DNA from: a bacterium
Lineage (GTDB): Bacteria > Zhuqueibacterota > Zhuqueibacteria > Residuimicrobiales > Krinioviventaceae
Direction: 5' to 3'
Assembly (NCBI GenBank): GCA_963675755.2
Contig: CAXXMD010000001.1
Location: 127,209 to 191,208 of the forward strand
DNA: 64,000 bases
The notes below the pieces were generated by a model, which was not told the DNA's origin, did no database searches, and saw only the letters and a list, made by a program, of their open reading frames with translations. Below are positions 10,259 to 20,453 of this stretch, piece after piece (within the stretch, counting starts at the first letter, position 1; every line of letters begins with the position of its first letter). Made by a program: the position numbers and the translations under genes.

Positions 10259-10465
10259 ATGAATTATACAGAATTTGAATCTTTTGAAAATGTAACAATC
10301 CCCATGAGCTTAATTGAAGATACACTCGAGTTGCTATTGAATCCTAAACGAATCATTTCGGATTCAAATGAAATTGTTCTGGATTGGAATAAACGAACAG
10401 AGGTGTATAACCGTTTGTTTGATGTGATGAGAAAATGCAGTAGTACAGAACTCTTGAATAGTTAA
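10259..10465 (+). CDS. small hypothetical protein (68 aa from the ATG; 72 aa if the TTG at 10247 is used) between ftsA and ftsZ
   Basis: Open frame with GAGG (10249-10252) 6 nt upstream of ATG 10259. I recognise no family. Confidence 0.45.
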   Translation: MNYTEFESFENVTIPMSLIEDTLELLLNPKRIISDSNEIVLDWNKRTEVYNRLFDVMRKCSSTELLNS

Positions 10466-10498
10466 TAAATACCCTAATGAAAGAATTTTCGGTTTAGG

Positions 10499-10529
10499 TT
10501 GGTGTTGGGTCCAGCCATGTCCGTATAAT
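10499..10529 (+). promoter_or_regulatory. possible ftsZ-proximal promoter
   Basis: Perfect TATAAT at 10524-10529, 19 nt before the ftsZ ATG. Only a weak -35 (TTGGTG, 10499-10504) at a long 19-nt spacing. Confidence 0.25.
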
Positions 10530-10548
10530 TAAATAAAAGGAGTGGGCT

Positions 10549-11970
10549 ATGAGTAATATGACATTTGATTTTGATGATAGCCGCCAGAATGGCGCTATAC
10601 TTAAAGTTGTTGGTGTTGGAGGTGCCGGAGGTAATGCAATTAACCGTATGATTGCCGAAGGACTTGCAGGTGTAGAGTTTATTGGTATTAATACTGATGA
10701 GCAGGCACTGAACCTTTGTAAAGCACCTGGTAAAGTATATGTTGGTACCAAATCTACACAAGGATTAGGTGCCGGTGCTGATCCTGAAAAAGGAAAGCGT
10801 GCTGTTGAAGAAGACCGTAATGCCGTTTATGACTATCTTTCTGATGCTGATATGGTATTTATTGCTGCAGGAATGGGTGGTGGAACCGGTACTGGCGCTT
10901 CGCCCATTGTTGCTGAAATTGCTAAAGATATTGGTGCTTTAACTGTCGGTATTGTTACAACTCCATTTATTTTTGAAGGTCCCAAACGCATTCAACGTGC
11001 AGAAGAAGGTATCAATGAGTTAAAAGAGCGAGTAGATACCTTGATTGTTATACCGAATCAGCGTTTGCTTACTATTGTTCCTAAAAATACTCCACTTGAT
11101 GCTGGATTTAGATATGCTGATGAGATCCTGTTTAATGCAACAAAAGGTATCTCTGATTTAATTACCATACCTGGTTTGATCAACCTTGACTTTGCCGATG
11201 TTCGTACTATCATGAGTGAAATGGGAGACGCACTGATGGGATGCGGACAAGCCTCTGGTGAAGATCGTGCTAAAATAGCTGCACAGCAGGCAATTAACAG
11301 TCCACTTTTGGAAGATGTTAGTATTTCAGGTGCATTGGGAGTACTTGTAAATATTACCGGTGGATCAGAAATGAGCTTGCATGAAGTGAATGAAGCTGCA
11401 AGTATTATTTCTGAAGAAGCGGGACCAAAAGCGAATGTTATCTTTGGTTCAGTTATCGATAACACATTGGATGAAGAAATCCGGATTACCGTTATCGCAA
11501 CAGGTTTGGCATCACAACGTGGCAAAAAACGATTTAGTATGTATGGTCAATTGAACCGCCCTAAATTTGAAACACACAGTCCATCTGGATCTGAAAATAT
11601 TGATCCTCGCGAGATCCCAGCATATGACAGAATAGAAAAAATTAATGAAAAAATGAATCAGAGTGCCAATATAGATATGCAATCTGTAAACCAGGCCAAA
11701 AAAATGAATCAACCTCGATATGAAGAACCTAAAGCAGAGCCAACCCCTAACCCTGAGCCTCGTTTTGAGCACGTTGATCATACCAGCAATGTAAGTCATG
11801 ACAATGGTTCAAATGGGTATGGAAACTCTTCCAATGGCTCAAATGGTTATGGCAATTCTTCAAACGGTTCAAATGGATATGATAAACCTGCAAATGGATA
11901 TACAAATGATGATTATCAAATCCCGGCATATAAACGTAAAAAATGGAATATGTTTGGTGATTTGGATTAA
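10549..11970 (+). CDS. ftsZ: cell division GTPase FtsZ
   Basis: [11 protein letters not shown] and the tubulin signature [12 protein letters not shown]. Long disordered linker and a C-terminal peptide (QIPAYKRKK). AAAGGAG RBS. Confidence 0.98.
   Translation: MSNMTFDFDDSRQNGAILKVVGVGGAGGNAINRMIAEGLAGVEFIGINTDEQALNLCKAPGKVYVGTKSTQGLGAGADPEKGKRAVEEDRNAVYDYLSDADMVFIAAGMGGGTGTGASPIVAEIAKDIGALTVGIVTTPFIFEGPKRIQRAEEGINELKERVDTLIVIPNQRLLTIVPKNTPLDAGFRYADEILFNATKGISDLITIPGLINLDFADVRTIMSEMGDALMGCGQASGEDRAKIAAQQAINSPLLEDVSISGALGVLVNITGGSEMSLHEVNEAASIISEEAGPKANVIFGSVIDNTLDEEIRITVIATGLASQRGKKRFSMYGQLNRPKFETHSPSGSENIDPREIPAYDRIEKINEKMNQSANIDMQSVNQAKKMNQPRYEEPKAEPTPNPEPRFEHVDHTSNVSHDNGSNGYGNSSNGSNGYGNSSNGSNGYDKPANGYTNDDYQIPAYKRKKWNMFGDLD
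11803..11880 (+). repeat. 30-nt tandem repeat (about 2.6 copies) inside the ftsZ linker, encoding [10 protein letters not shown]
   Basis: aatggttcaaatgggtatggaaactcttcc / aatggctcaaatggttatggcaattcttca / aacggttcaaatggatat. A further NGY follows at 11893-11901. Confidence 0.85.
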
Positions 11971-12052
11971 GTTGAAAACCCCACTCCCATGGCGCTCGAC
12001 ATCCCAACTCGTACAATTGGTATAGCCAATTGTTGAGCGAGCTGCCTATAAA

Positions 12053-12088
12053 ACAAAAAAAGGCCCCAAATTATGGGGCCTTTTTTTT
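12053..12088. terminator. bidirectional intrinsic terminator between convergent ftsZ and rpmB
   Basis: A8-GGCCCCA-AATTA-TGGGGCC-T8: a perfect 7-bp GC-rich stem flanked by an A-tract and a T-tract. Confidence 0.8.
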
Positions 12089-12100
12089 ATTCACTAAAAA

Positions 12101-12128
12101 TGAAAAAAGCTTCTGAAAACAGAAGCTT
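12101..12128 (-). terminator. intrinsic terminator of rpmB
   Basis: 9-bp stem AAGCTTCTG / CAGAAGCTT with a 4-nt loop. On the minus strand it is followed by TTTTTCA. Lies 28 nt downstream of the rpmB stop. Confidence 0.7.
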
Positions 12129-12155
12129 TATAAATAAATAGAAGAAATTTTGGAA

Positions 12156-12347
12156 TTACAGGGCCTTTTCTACTTTACCAGAACGAAGGCAACGTGTGCA
12201 GACATATGCATTTTTAACCGAACCTTCATGGCGAATTCTCAATTTTTTGAGATTTGGCATCCAACGACGTTTCGATAGATTGTGTGCGTGACTAACATTG
12301 TTACCTACTAATGGCCCTTTTCCACATATGCTACATTTCTTTGCCAT
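12156..12347 (-). CDS. rpmB: 50S ribosomal protein L28 (Cys4 zinc-ribbon form)
   Basis: [33 protein letters not shown].. is the classic L28 N-terminus. CxxC...CxxC is present. Confidence 0.93.
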   Translation of the reverse strand: MAKKCSICGKGPLVGNNVSHAHNLSKRRWMPNLKKLRIRHEGSVKNAYVCTRCLRSGKVEKAL

Positions 12348-12398
12348 TTTTAACTCCTGTATGGAAATTTATTCTATATTTCAACAATAAAGCTTATC

Positions 12399-12427
12399 AA
12401 TATATATAATTAAACCTTTAAAATCAA
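12399..12427 (-). promoter_or_regulatory. sigma70-type promoter of rpmB (TTGATT-17-TATATT)
   Basis: Minus strand reads AACTTGATTTTAAAGGTTTAATTATATATATT. The -35 is at 12422-12427 and the -10 at 12399-12404. Shares ACTTGATTTT with two other promoters in the window. Confidence 0.5.
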
Positions 12428-12551
12428 GTTTTAAATTAAAAATTATAAATATTTGTGCTTTTTCTGTTAATTTTTTGGATTTAAAATCCAATATTGTATT
12501 TAAATATTAAATACATTACATTATTTATTATAATATTTTGAGGTTAGCGGG

Positions 12552-13727
12552 ATGCGTTTCAATATTTCAATCGTTTTAATATTGGTTTTGTCTCTTATTT
12601 CTTTTTCAAATACCAATCCACTTTATGTAAAAACAGACAAGAGTGACTTTGAAAAGAACCCAGCTTTGCTTGAGCGAATTATAGAATCACCACATGGATA
12701 TTTTCGATTTATTAATATTGAATTCAGCCAATTTATTTGTGATACTTTTAAAGATATTATTGAACAAGCTCCTTCTTTAAATCTGCATGGTGACGCCCAT
12801 CTTGAGCAATATGCGGTAACAGACCTGGGTAGAGGATTAACAGACTTTGATGATTCTTCAACAGGTCCCGGAATAATTGATTTAATGCGCTTTATTGTTT
12901 CTCTTCGACTGACTTGTTACCAACTTGGATGGGAAGAAAATACTGACGAGTTGGTTGACGAATTTATTTTGGGTTATATTAACTCGCTTGATAATCCGGA
13001 TTTATTTCCACAGGAACCGGATATTGCAAAACATATTAGAACTAAATTTAAACACGATAGAGAAGCCTATTTTGATTGGATAGACTCTATAATGCTACCC
13101 ATGCCCGAGTCTGAAAAGGACTCGATTATTGTGGCAATGGGTTTTTATGTTGAAACTTCTTTGATGGAAAATCCCGAGTTGAATAGCGATTTTTATAATG
13201 TAATAGATATGGGATATCTTAAAATGGGTATTGGCAGTGCTCTTGATTTAAAGTATGTTGTTCGTGTTAAAGGAAGTACTGATGATCCTGATGACGATAT
13301 TGTACTTGAAATTAAACAGGTAAGAGATTTAACCGGTATAGATTGTATTCAAACCGGCCAAAAGCAGGATCCATTCAGGATACTTGTTGGACAGTCCCGA
13401 ATCGCTTATCAACCATTTCACCATTTGGGTTATTTTCGTTTCAGAAATATGAATTTTTGGGTGCATTCGTGGGTCGATAACTATAAGGAATTATCTATAG
13501 AAAAAAGTTATACGCATCCTTTCGAGTTGAAGCAGGTAGTTTATGATGTAGGTGTTCAATTGGGTAAAGGACATGTTAAACATATTGCTGCCCCTTTTGA
13601 TCTGCATGTAAGGCTTGAACAAATTAATCTTGTTGCTAAAAACAAAGAGAGAATTTTACGCGAAGGCAAAATTCTCTCTCAAAATGTGATACAAGCCTGG
13701 GAATTATTTAAAAAATCTATAGAGTAA
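12552..13727 (+). CDS. secreted hypothetical protein, tentatively DUF2252-like
   Basis: 391 aa with an N-terminal signal-like segment (ISIVLILVLSLISFS). The motif LHGDAHLEQY..TDFDD resembles the DUF2252 GDxHxxN pattern. Family assignment is tentative. Confidence 0.7.
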   Translation: MRFNISIVLILVLSLISFSNTNPLYVKTDKSDFEKNPALLERIIESPHGYFRFINIEFSQFICDTFKDIIEQAPSLNLHGDAHLEQYAVTDLGRGLTDFDDSSTGPGIIDLMRFIVSLRLTCYQLGWEENTDELVDEFILGYINSLDNPDLFPQEPDIAKHIRTKFKHDREAYFDWIDSIMLPMPESEKDSIIVAMGFYVETSLMENPELNSDFYNVIDMGYLKMGIGSALDLKYVVRVKGSTDDPDDDIVLEIKQVRDLTGIDCIQTGQKQDPFRILVGQSRIAYQPFHHLGYFRFRNMNFWVHSWVDNYKELSIEKSYTHPFELKQVVYDVGVQLGKGHVKHIAAPFDLHVRLEQINLVAKNKERILREGKILSQNVIQAWELFKKSIE

Positions 13728-14805
13728 AATTAACTCCTCGTTTTTCTGCAATTTCATCCAATGTTTTAAATACAGTATCTTGAATGGGTATGCCTTTGCT
13801 CATATATTCATCGTGCTTGTCGTATTCTTTTTCACCATGAATATAGATATGAGGTTCGTCTTTGGCTTTTGCCGAATTGGTAATTCTTTCAATCAGATCG
13901 TCCATATTTGCAGTAAATGTATTATAATCAACAAAACAGTCTACATTAATTGCCATAAAAAAGTGACTGACATTGGCAGGTGCGGGCTTGCCATCTTTGG
14001 GTTTGTTGACCAGGTTTGCATAAGCACCACCCGAGAGCACACCACTTAGCACATCAACCAAAACTGCCATGCCATAGCCTTTATAACCGCTGTACAATTC
14101 ACCAGCACCACCTAAAGGAAGTATTCCGCCACCCAATCTTTGCAATACATTGTTTAAGACTGTACCGGGATCAGTCATAACCAGTCCTTCAGTATCTACA
14201 GCCCAACCTTCAGGCATTTGCTTGTGTTCGCGATTATATACTTCGAGTTTTCCTCTGGGAACAACAGATGTTGCCATATCCAGAACAAAGGGGCGTTTAT
14301 TCTTTGTGGGTACTGCAAAACTGATAGGATTGGTACCAATTACCATCTCTTTTCCAAAAGTTGGAACAACCAGTGGAGCCGAGTTGGTCATTGAAATACC
14401 AATCATGTTTTCTTTGAGGATCATCATGCTGTAATAGCCGGCAATTCCGTAATGGTTCGAGTTTTTTACAGTTACCATACCAATGCATGATGTCTTGGCT
14501 TTTTGAATGGCAAGTTTTGTTGCAAAATAACCGTTGAGTTGCCCTAATCCCGCATTGCCTTCAATTGCGGCAGTTACGGGATTTTCTTTAATGATTTCAG
14601 GCTTTGCTTGTGGAAAGATGGTACCGTTTTCCATTCCGTCAACATATCGTTTCAACCTGGCGACACCGTGCGAAGGTATGCCACGAAGATCAGACATAAC
14701 CAGAATGTCAGCACAAACCCCCGCGTCCTGACTTGACAGATTAAATGTTGAAAAGATGTTTTGAGTGAATTCTTTTAGATCTTCAAATTTAACCGTCGGC
14801 ATCAC
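13717..14805 (-). CDS. Ldh_2-family (type 2 malate/L-lactate/sulfolactate) dehydrogenase
   Basis: 362 aa with LRGIPSHGVARL and NSNHYGIAGYY, typical of the Ldh_2 family. The substrate cannot be set from sequence alone. Confidence 0.82.
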   Translation of the reverse strand: MMPTVKFEDLKEFTQNIFSTFNLSSQDAGVCADILVMSDLRGIPSHGVARLKRYVDGMENGTIFPQAKPEIIKENPVTAAIEGNAGLGQLNGYFATKLAIQKAKTSCIGMVTVKNSNHYGIAGYYSMMILKENMIGISMTNSAPLVVPTFGKEMVIGTNPISFAVPTKNKRPFVLDMATSVVPRGKLEVYNREHKQMPEGWAVDTEGLVMTDPGTVLNNVLQRLGGGILPLGGAGELYSGYKGYGMAVLVDVLSGVLSGGAYANLVNKPKDGKPAPANVSHFFMAINVDCFVDYNTFTANMDDLIERITNSAKAKDEPHIYIHGEKEYDKHDEYMSKGIPIQDTVFKTLDEIAEKRGVNFTL

Positions 14806-14828
14806 TACACCTCATATGTTTAATGAAT

Positions 14829-17531
14829 TTATTTTAACATATCACGCAGAACGGTTTGTAAAATACCTCCCTGACGGTAATATGTGATTTCAACAGGTGT
14901 ATCCAGGCGCAGTGTTACAATGAATGATGTTGTTTTACCGGTTTCGTCTACTGCTTTAACAATAATTTCCTGCATGGGTTGTAAATCGTCTGTCAGTTGA
15001 ATGGAATACTGTTCATAACCTGTAAGGCCCAAAGATTTTGCAGAATCGTTTTCTTTGAACTGTAATGGGAGAACTCCCATTCCTACCAGATTACTTCTAT
15101 GGATACGTTCAAAACTTTCAGCAATAACAGTTTTAACTCCCAGCAACAAGGTTCCTTTGGCAGCCCAGTCTCTTGAACTTCCTGTACCATACTCTTTGCC
15201 TGCCAAGACAACCAGGGGAGTGTTTTCTTTTTTGTACATTTCTGCGGCATCATAGATCCACATTTGCGTCTTATCCGGCAAGTGTAATGTTACGCCACCT
15301 TCAGTTCCCGGTGCAAGGAGATTCTTTAAGCGAATGTTGCCAAATGTACCCCGTACCATGATTCTATCATTTCCGCGTCTGGAACCATAAGAGTTGAAAT
15401 CTTTTGGTTCAATTCCCATTGATTTAAGGTATGTGGCAGCCGGACTGTCTTCAGGAATAGCCCCTGCCGGAGAAATGTGGTCTGTTGTTACGGAATCACC
15501 CAATAACGCGAGAACGCGTGCATTGTTGATTGAAGCAATCGGCTCGGGGTTGGGTTGCATATCAATGAAAAAGGGTGGTTCTTGAATATAACTGGAATCT
15601 GCCTGCCATTGATATAATGCTGAGGAGGTAACTGGAATATCGTTCCATTGCGGACTGTATGAATTGACATCTGCATACATCTTTTTGAATACCTCTGCGT
15701 CAGCAGCTTTTGCTACATATGAAAGGATTTCTTTTTGTGTTGGCCAAATGTCTTTGAGATATACGGATTCACCAGAAGATGTTTTACCCAGTGGTTCGTT
15801 TTCAAGATCTACGTCAACTGTGCCGGCAATAGCATATGCAACAACCAACGGAGGAGATGCAAGATAATTTGCTTTCGTATAGGGATTGACCCTGCCTTCA
15901 AAATTACGGTTACCACTTAGAACTGAAGCTGCAACAAGGTCTTGTTCTTTTATAGCAGCTGAAACTGCTTCCGGTAATGGACCGCTATTACCAATACAGG
16001 TTGCACAGCCATATCCTACCGTATGAAAACCAAGCTTTTCGAGATATTCTGTTAGTCCTGCTTTATCCAAATAGTCTGTAACTACTCTTGAACCAGGAGC
16101 CAGGCTGGTTTTAACATAACCCGGTACTTTTAATCCTTTTTCTACTGCTTTTTTTGCCAAAAGGCCAGCACCCAGCATGACTGATGGATTACTGGTATTG
16201 GTACAACTGGTTATGGATGCAATTACTACCGAACCGTGTTTTAACTCATAACCACCATTTATATCAAGTGATGCTTTTCGTGTAAGATCTTTGTCTTCAA
16301 GACTAAATCCACGTTTTTCAGCGGGAGCTGTTAAAATATCTTGAAATGATTTTTTCATATCGGAAAGGTTGATACGATCCTGAGGGCGTTTGGGACCGGC
16401 AAGACTGGGAACAACATCGCCCAAATCCAATTCTATAGTATCTGAGAATTCAGGATCAGGTGTTTGGTCAGTACGGAACAAGCCTTGTTCTTTAGTATAG
16501 CGTTCTACCAGGTCTACTAGATCATCAGAACGTCCTGTACGACGTAAAAAGTTGAGGCTTTCGTTATCCATTGGGAAAAATCCCATGGTTGCACCATACT
16601 CTGGTGCCATATTGGCAATTGTTGCCCGGTCTGGTAAACTCATGCTGCCTACACCCGGACCATAAAATTCTACAAATTTACCGACAACGCCTTTTTGTCT
16701 CAACATTTCTACTACTTTGAGTGCGATATCCGTTGCGGTTGCACCTTGTGGTACTGCACCGGATAGTTTAAAACCAACGACTTGTGGTGCAAGCATATAA
16801 AGAGGTTGACCCAGCATAACCGCTTCTGCTTCAATTCCACCAACACCCCAGCCTACAATACCCAGACCGTTGATCATGGTTGTATGTGAATCGGTTCCTA
16901 CCAGACTGTCCGGATAAACCAGTGTATCACCACCGGATTTGTCTGTAAAAACTCCTCTGGCAAAGTATTCCAGGTTTACCTGGTGGATAATACCCACACC
17001 TGGAGGGACAACACCAAATTTTTTGAATGCCTGTTGACCCCACTTGAGGAATTCGTAACGTTCGTGGTTACGTTTAAATTCTATATCCATATTAAATACG
17101 AGTGAACGTGCTTCGCCAAAACTGTCTATCTGCACAGAATGGTCAATAACCAGATCGCAGGGAATAAGGGGTTCGATTTTTTGGGGATCTCCGCCCAATC
17201 GCTGCATTGCAGAACGCATTGCTGCAAGATCTACCAGAGAGGGGACACCGGTAAAATCCTGTAGAATAACTCTGGCTGGTTTAAAGGGTACTTCTTTTGA
17301 TGATGGGCTGGATGCCTGCCATTGTGCCAGGTTGAGAACATCCTGCTCGTTTATTATGAAATTATCGCAATTGCGTAAGACGGATTCCAGTAATATTTTA
17401 ATACTGAAAGGAAGTTTGGAAACTGCAAGACCACTTTTGCTTTCCAATGCTTGTAACGCGTACATGTACGCGGTGCCCCCGGCTGTTTTAATGGGAGATT
17501 TTGCGTCAAAAGAGTTTTGTTTTAAAGACAT
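14829..17531 (-). CDS. acnA: aconitate hydratase A (AcnA/IRP type)
   Basis: 900 aa with [32 protein letters not shown] and [16 protein letters not shown] motifs. Confidence 0.96.
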   Translation of the reverse strand: MSLKQNSFDAKSPIKTAGGTAYMYALQALESKSGLAVSKLPFSIKILLESVLRNCDNFIINEQDVLNLAQWQASSPSSKEVPFKPARVILQDFTGVPSLVDLAAMRSAMQRLGGDPQKIEPLIPCDLVIDHSVQIDSFGEARSLVFNMDIEFKRNHERYEFLKWGQQAFKKFGVVPPGVGIIHQVNLEYFARGVFTDKSGGDTLVYPDSLVGTDSHTTMINGLGIVGWGVGGIEAEAVMLGQPLYMLAPQVVGFKLSGAVPQGATATDIALKVVEMLRQKGVVGKFVEFYGPGVGSMSLPDRATIANMAPEYGATMGFFPMDNESLNFLRRTGRSDDLVDLVERYTKEQGLFRTDQTPDPEFSDTIELDLGDVVPSLAGPKRPQDRINLSDMKKSFQDILTAPAEKRGFSLEDKDLTRKASLDINGGYELKHGSVVIASITSCTNTSNPSVMLGAGLLAKKAVEKGLKVPGYVKTSLAPGSRVVTDYLDKAGLTEYLEKLGFHTVGYGCATCIGNSGPLPEAVSAAIKEQDLVAASVLSGNRNFEGRVNPYTKANYLASPPLVVAYAIAGTVDVDLENEPLGKTSSGESVYLKDIWPTQKEILSYVAKAADAEVFKKMYADVNSYSPQWNDIPVTSSALYQWQADSSYIQEPPFFIDMQPNPEPIASINNARVLALLGDSVTTDHISPAGAIPEDSPAATYLKSMGIEPKDFNSYGSRRGNDRIMVRGTFGNIRLKNLLAPGTEGGVTLHLPDKTQMWIYDAAEMYKKENTPLVVLAGKEYGTGSSRDWAAKGTLLLGVKTVIAESFERIHRSNLVGMGVLPLQFKENDSAKSLGLTGYEQYSIQLTDDLQPMQEIIVKAVDETGKTTSFIVTLRLDTPVEITYYRQGGILQTVLRDMLK

Positions 17532-17547
17532 GTTTAATCTTTCATGT

Positions 17548-18216
17548 TTAAGATTCTAACCAATAAACTGTTAATTTTCGCGGGCCATGTGCGCCCAAAA
17601 TTAATATTTTTTCTATATCTGCTGTACGGCTGGGACCCGTAATAAAAAGCATATTTTTTTTCTTTTCATCCGGGATAATTTCCATAAGTTCGAACATATT
17701 GGCAACAAGCTGATCTGGCTTTACGACCACATAGATGCTGTCCGGTAAATAGTGGGGAAACAAGCTGGGAATGTTGTCAAGCAATACTACCAGCGATGCA
17801 ACATCTGCTATGGCATAATCCACACTTACCAACGATGCTTGCGTATTTGCCAGTGTCGCTTTTCTATCCTGTTCAGGAATGTCAACAGTGTTTAGACATT
17901 GAATATCTGATAGATTTGACATTTGTGAAAAAATGCTATCTGTGCCCATAAATGCGATTGAACTGTTGTTTCCTGCAAGCATGTCTCTATAAAGATGCTC
18001 TACCAGAATTTTTTCACTGGAAACGGTTACAAGCTCTCCTGAAACTGCCTGCAATTCTTTTTCAAACTGTTCTTTAAAGCCTTTATCATCCAGAGGTGTA
18101 ATGGATGTTAATTTGGATTCAATTTCTTTTTCAACATAATCCGGTTTTTCCGGTAAATGGGATGAGGTCTTTACTGCCTTTTTAATGGCATTCAAGATTT
18201 TCTCTCTACTTGGCAT
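17548..18216 (-). CDS. lutC: lactate utilization protein C (LUD/YkgG domain)
   Basis: 222-aa LUD-domain-like protein directly downstream of lutA-lutB. Confidence 0.75.
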   Translation of the reverse strand: MPSREKILNAIKKAVKTSSHLPEKPDYVEKEIESKLTSITPLDDKGFKEQFEKELQAVSGELVTVSSEKILVEHLYRDMLAGNNSSIAFMGTDSIFSQMSNLSDIQCLNTVDIPEQDRKATLANTQASLVSVDYAIADVASLVVLLDNIPSLFPHYLPDSIYVVVKPDQLVANMFELMEIIPDEKKKNMLFITGPSRTADIEKILILGAHGPRKLTVYWLES

Positions 18217-18260
18217 TATCAGTTTCCAAATTTTAGTTAATAATTCTGAGAATAAACAAT

Positions 18261-18291
18261 GAAAAACACAAAAGGTACTAAACAGGACCTT
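18261..18291 (-). terminator. terminator/attenuator-like hairpin between lutB and lutC
   Basis: Minus strand reads AAGGTCCT-GTTT-AGTACCTT (7 of 8 pairs), followed by TTGTGTTTTTC. Confidence 0.35.
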
Positions 18292-18316
18292 TCGGGTTGA
18301 TTATTTTATTAGTCAG

Positions 18317-19714
18317 TTATTTATTTTTTTTCATTTCTAAAAAGCGTTTTCTGAATCCTTTTTTATCAAATTTACCCAAAGCTCTTTCTCCGGTATATCC
18401 GGGAGCCGGAAACGACTGTCCTTTGGGTAATAGCATTTGAAATTTTCCCGGGAACCAGGTGGCAAATCTATAAAGTTTGGGATGTCTGGCAAGAAATGCC
18501 CAAATGTCCATGCCTATTTTTTCAATTTTCATCGAATATCCCTTTTCCACAACATTGTTTCGCAATTTTAGCAGATGGTGAGGGATATTGATTCTAACCG
18601 GACAGATTTCGTAACATGCTCCACATAAACTGGACAAGTAGGGAGAGTATTTGCCTTCTTTTTCACCGAGATATTGGGGAATCAAAGTAATACCTATGGG
18701 GCCCATATATACCCAACCGTAAGCGTGACCGCCTATTTGTTGATAAATGGGACATACGTTCAGGCATGCACCACATCGAATACAGAAAAGTGTCTCACGA
18801 AGTTCGGGATCAGCGAGCATTTTGGAACGGCCATTGTCCAAGAGAACAATATGCATCTCTTCAGGACCTTCTTTTAATTTTTGAAAAGCAGGTCCGCCAA
18901 CAATATTCACATAAACAGATGCTTTTTGACCTGTTGCGCTTGGACCCAATAGTTTAAGGAATACAGCCAGATCATCCATGTTAGGAATAATCTTTTCAAT
19001 TCCCATAACCGCAATATGTGTTTTGGGAACTCCTACAGTTAGACGGGCATTTGCTTCATTTTCAACGACAACAACCGACCCACTCTCGGCAACTGCAAAG
19101 TTGACACCTGAAATGCCGATATCTGCATTGAGAAATTTCTCTCTTAGGGTGTTTCTGGCTATAGTGAGTAACTCGTTAGGATCTTCAGTGTAATCGATAC
19201 CTAATTTTTCATGAAAAACTTTGCCAATATCCTGACGGTTAAGGTGTAATGCCGGTGCCGTAAGGTGAGAGGGAATTTGTCCCAACAACTGCACAATATA
19301 TTCACCCAAGTCAGTTTCAAGCGTCTCAAGATCATTTTCGATGAGAAAATCATTAAGGTGTAATTCTTCTGTGGTAAGTGATTTTGATTTTACAATGGTC
19401 TTGGCGTGTTTTTCATGAGCAATGTTTAATATAATCTGTCTTGCTTCTTTGGCATTTGCAGCCCAATGTACATGGATTCCATTGGATACACAATTTTTTT
19501 CAAATGTTTCCAGATAGGTATCCAGATGTTCCATAACATCACGTTTAATTGAATGAGCTTTGTAGCGTAATTCTTCCCAATAGGGGATTTGTTCTTTTTT
19601 ATCGTTACGTTTTGCCAACGATGTCTGTGTTGCTTTATCTACAGATGCTCTTAATCGACTGTCTAGCAATGCTTCTTTGACATATGTTTTGGTTTTTGTA
19701 GGAGAAAGATTCAT
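18317..19714 (-). CDS. lutB: lactate utilization iron-sulfur protein LutB
   Basis: 465 aa with a LUD/DUF162-type N-terminal half and two ferredoxin-type clusters (CIRCGACLNVCP, CGACYEICP). Confidence 0.88.
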   Translation of the reverse strand: MNLSPTKTKTYVKEALLDSRLRASVDKATQTSLAKRNDKKEQIPYWEELRYKAHSIKRDVMEHLDTYLETFEKNCVSNGIHVHWAANAKEARQIILNIAHEKHAKTIVKSKSLTTEELHLNDFLIENDLETLETDLGEYIVQLLGQIPSHLTAPALHLNRQDIGKVFHEKLGIDYTEDPNELLTIARNTLREKFLNADIGISGVNFAVAESGSVVVVENEANARLTVGVPKTHIAVMGIEKIIPNMDDLAVFLKLLGPSATGQKASVYVNIVGGPAFQKLKEGPEEMHIVLLDNGRSKMLADPELRETLFCIRCGACLNVCPIYQQIGGHAYGWVYMGPIGITLIPQYLGEKEGKYSPYLSSLCGACYEICPVRINIPHHLLKLRNNVVEKGYSMKIEKIGMDIWAFLARHPKLYRFATWFPGKFQMLLPKGQSFPAPGYTGERALGKFDKKGFRKRFLEMKKNK

Positions 19715-19727
19715 AATAAACCTGCTG

Positions 19728-20453
19728 TTATAAATTCATGCTCTGGGCTAAAATATCTGCAATGTGTATGGCTCTGGCTTTCATATTGTGTTTACGAAGG
19801 TAGCCATCAATATTCATTAAACAACTTGAATCAGTACTGGTAACATAATCTGCACCGCTTTCATCTATGTATTTGCACTTTCTTGCTACCATGGAAATAG
19901 ACATATCTGCATATTTATACGAAAAGGTGCCCCCAAATCCACAACAGGTATCTGATTTTTCCATTTCAATGAAATCAATTCCTTTGATAGATTTTAATAA
20001 CTTGCGGGGTTGTTCCTTGATGCCCAATTCACGAAGAGCATGACAAGAATCGTGATAGGTTACTTTGTGGCTGAATGTGCCATCAACCTTATCCATATTT
20101 ACAACTTTGATTAGAAATTCAGTAAATTCAAAGATTTTACTGCTCAGCTCGTCTCTTGCTGAATGCAATTCCGGATTAATATCAAGTTCATTATAAAATT
20201 TCCTTACCATAGTCACACAGGAACCGGATGGGGAGACAACATATTCTTTGCCCTGAAAGAGTTTAATGAATCTTTCAGCGACAGGTACAACTTGTTTACG
20301 ATATCCGGAATTAAAAGCGGGTTGTCCGCAGCAGGTTTGGTCGTTTACATATTCTATTTCAGCGCCAATGTGCTCAAGAACTTTGACCATAGAAATAGCC
20401 GATTCCGGGTATAAATGTTCGGATAAACATGGAATAAAAAGGGCGACTTTCAT
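19728..20453 (-). CDS. lutA: lactate utilization protein LutA (CCG-domain Fe-S oxidoreductase)
   Basis: Two cysteine-rich CCG motifs (TCCGQPAFNSG, TCCGFGGTFS). Start set at MKVALFIPC (ATG 20453). The upstream 55 codons of the tracked ORF look non-coding. Confidence 0.85.
   Translation of the reverse strand: MKVALFIPCLSEHLYPESAISMVKVLEHIGAEIEYVNDQTCCGQPAFNSGYRKQVVPVAERFIKLFQGKEYVVSPSGSCVTMVRKFYNELDINPELHSARDELSSKIFEFTEFLIKVVNMDKVDGTFSHKVTYHDSCHALRELGIKEQPRKLLKSIKGIDFIEMEKSDTCCGFGGTFSYKYADMSISMVARKCKYIDESGADYVTSTDSSCLMNIDGYLRKHNMKARAIHIADILAQSMNL

Noticed and set aside
11747-12025. ORFs (75 and 89 aa) overlapping the ftsZ 3' repeat region and terminator
   Set aside because: They are alternative-frame readings of the ftsZ linker repeats (M/Q/H-rich). 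They overlap a certain gene and run into the terminator.
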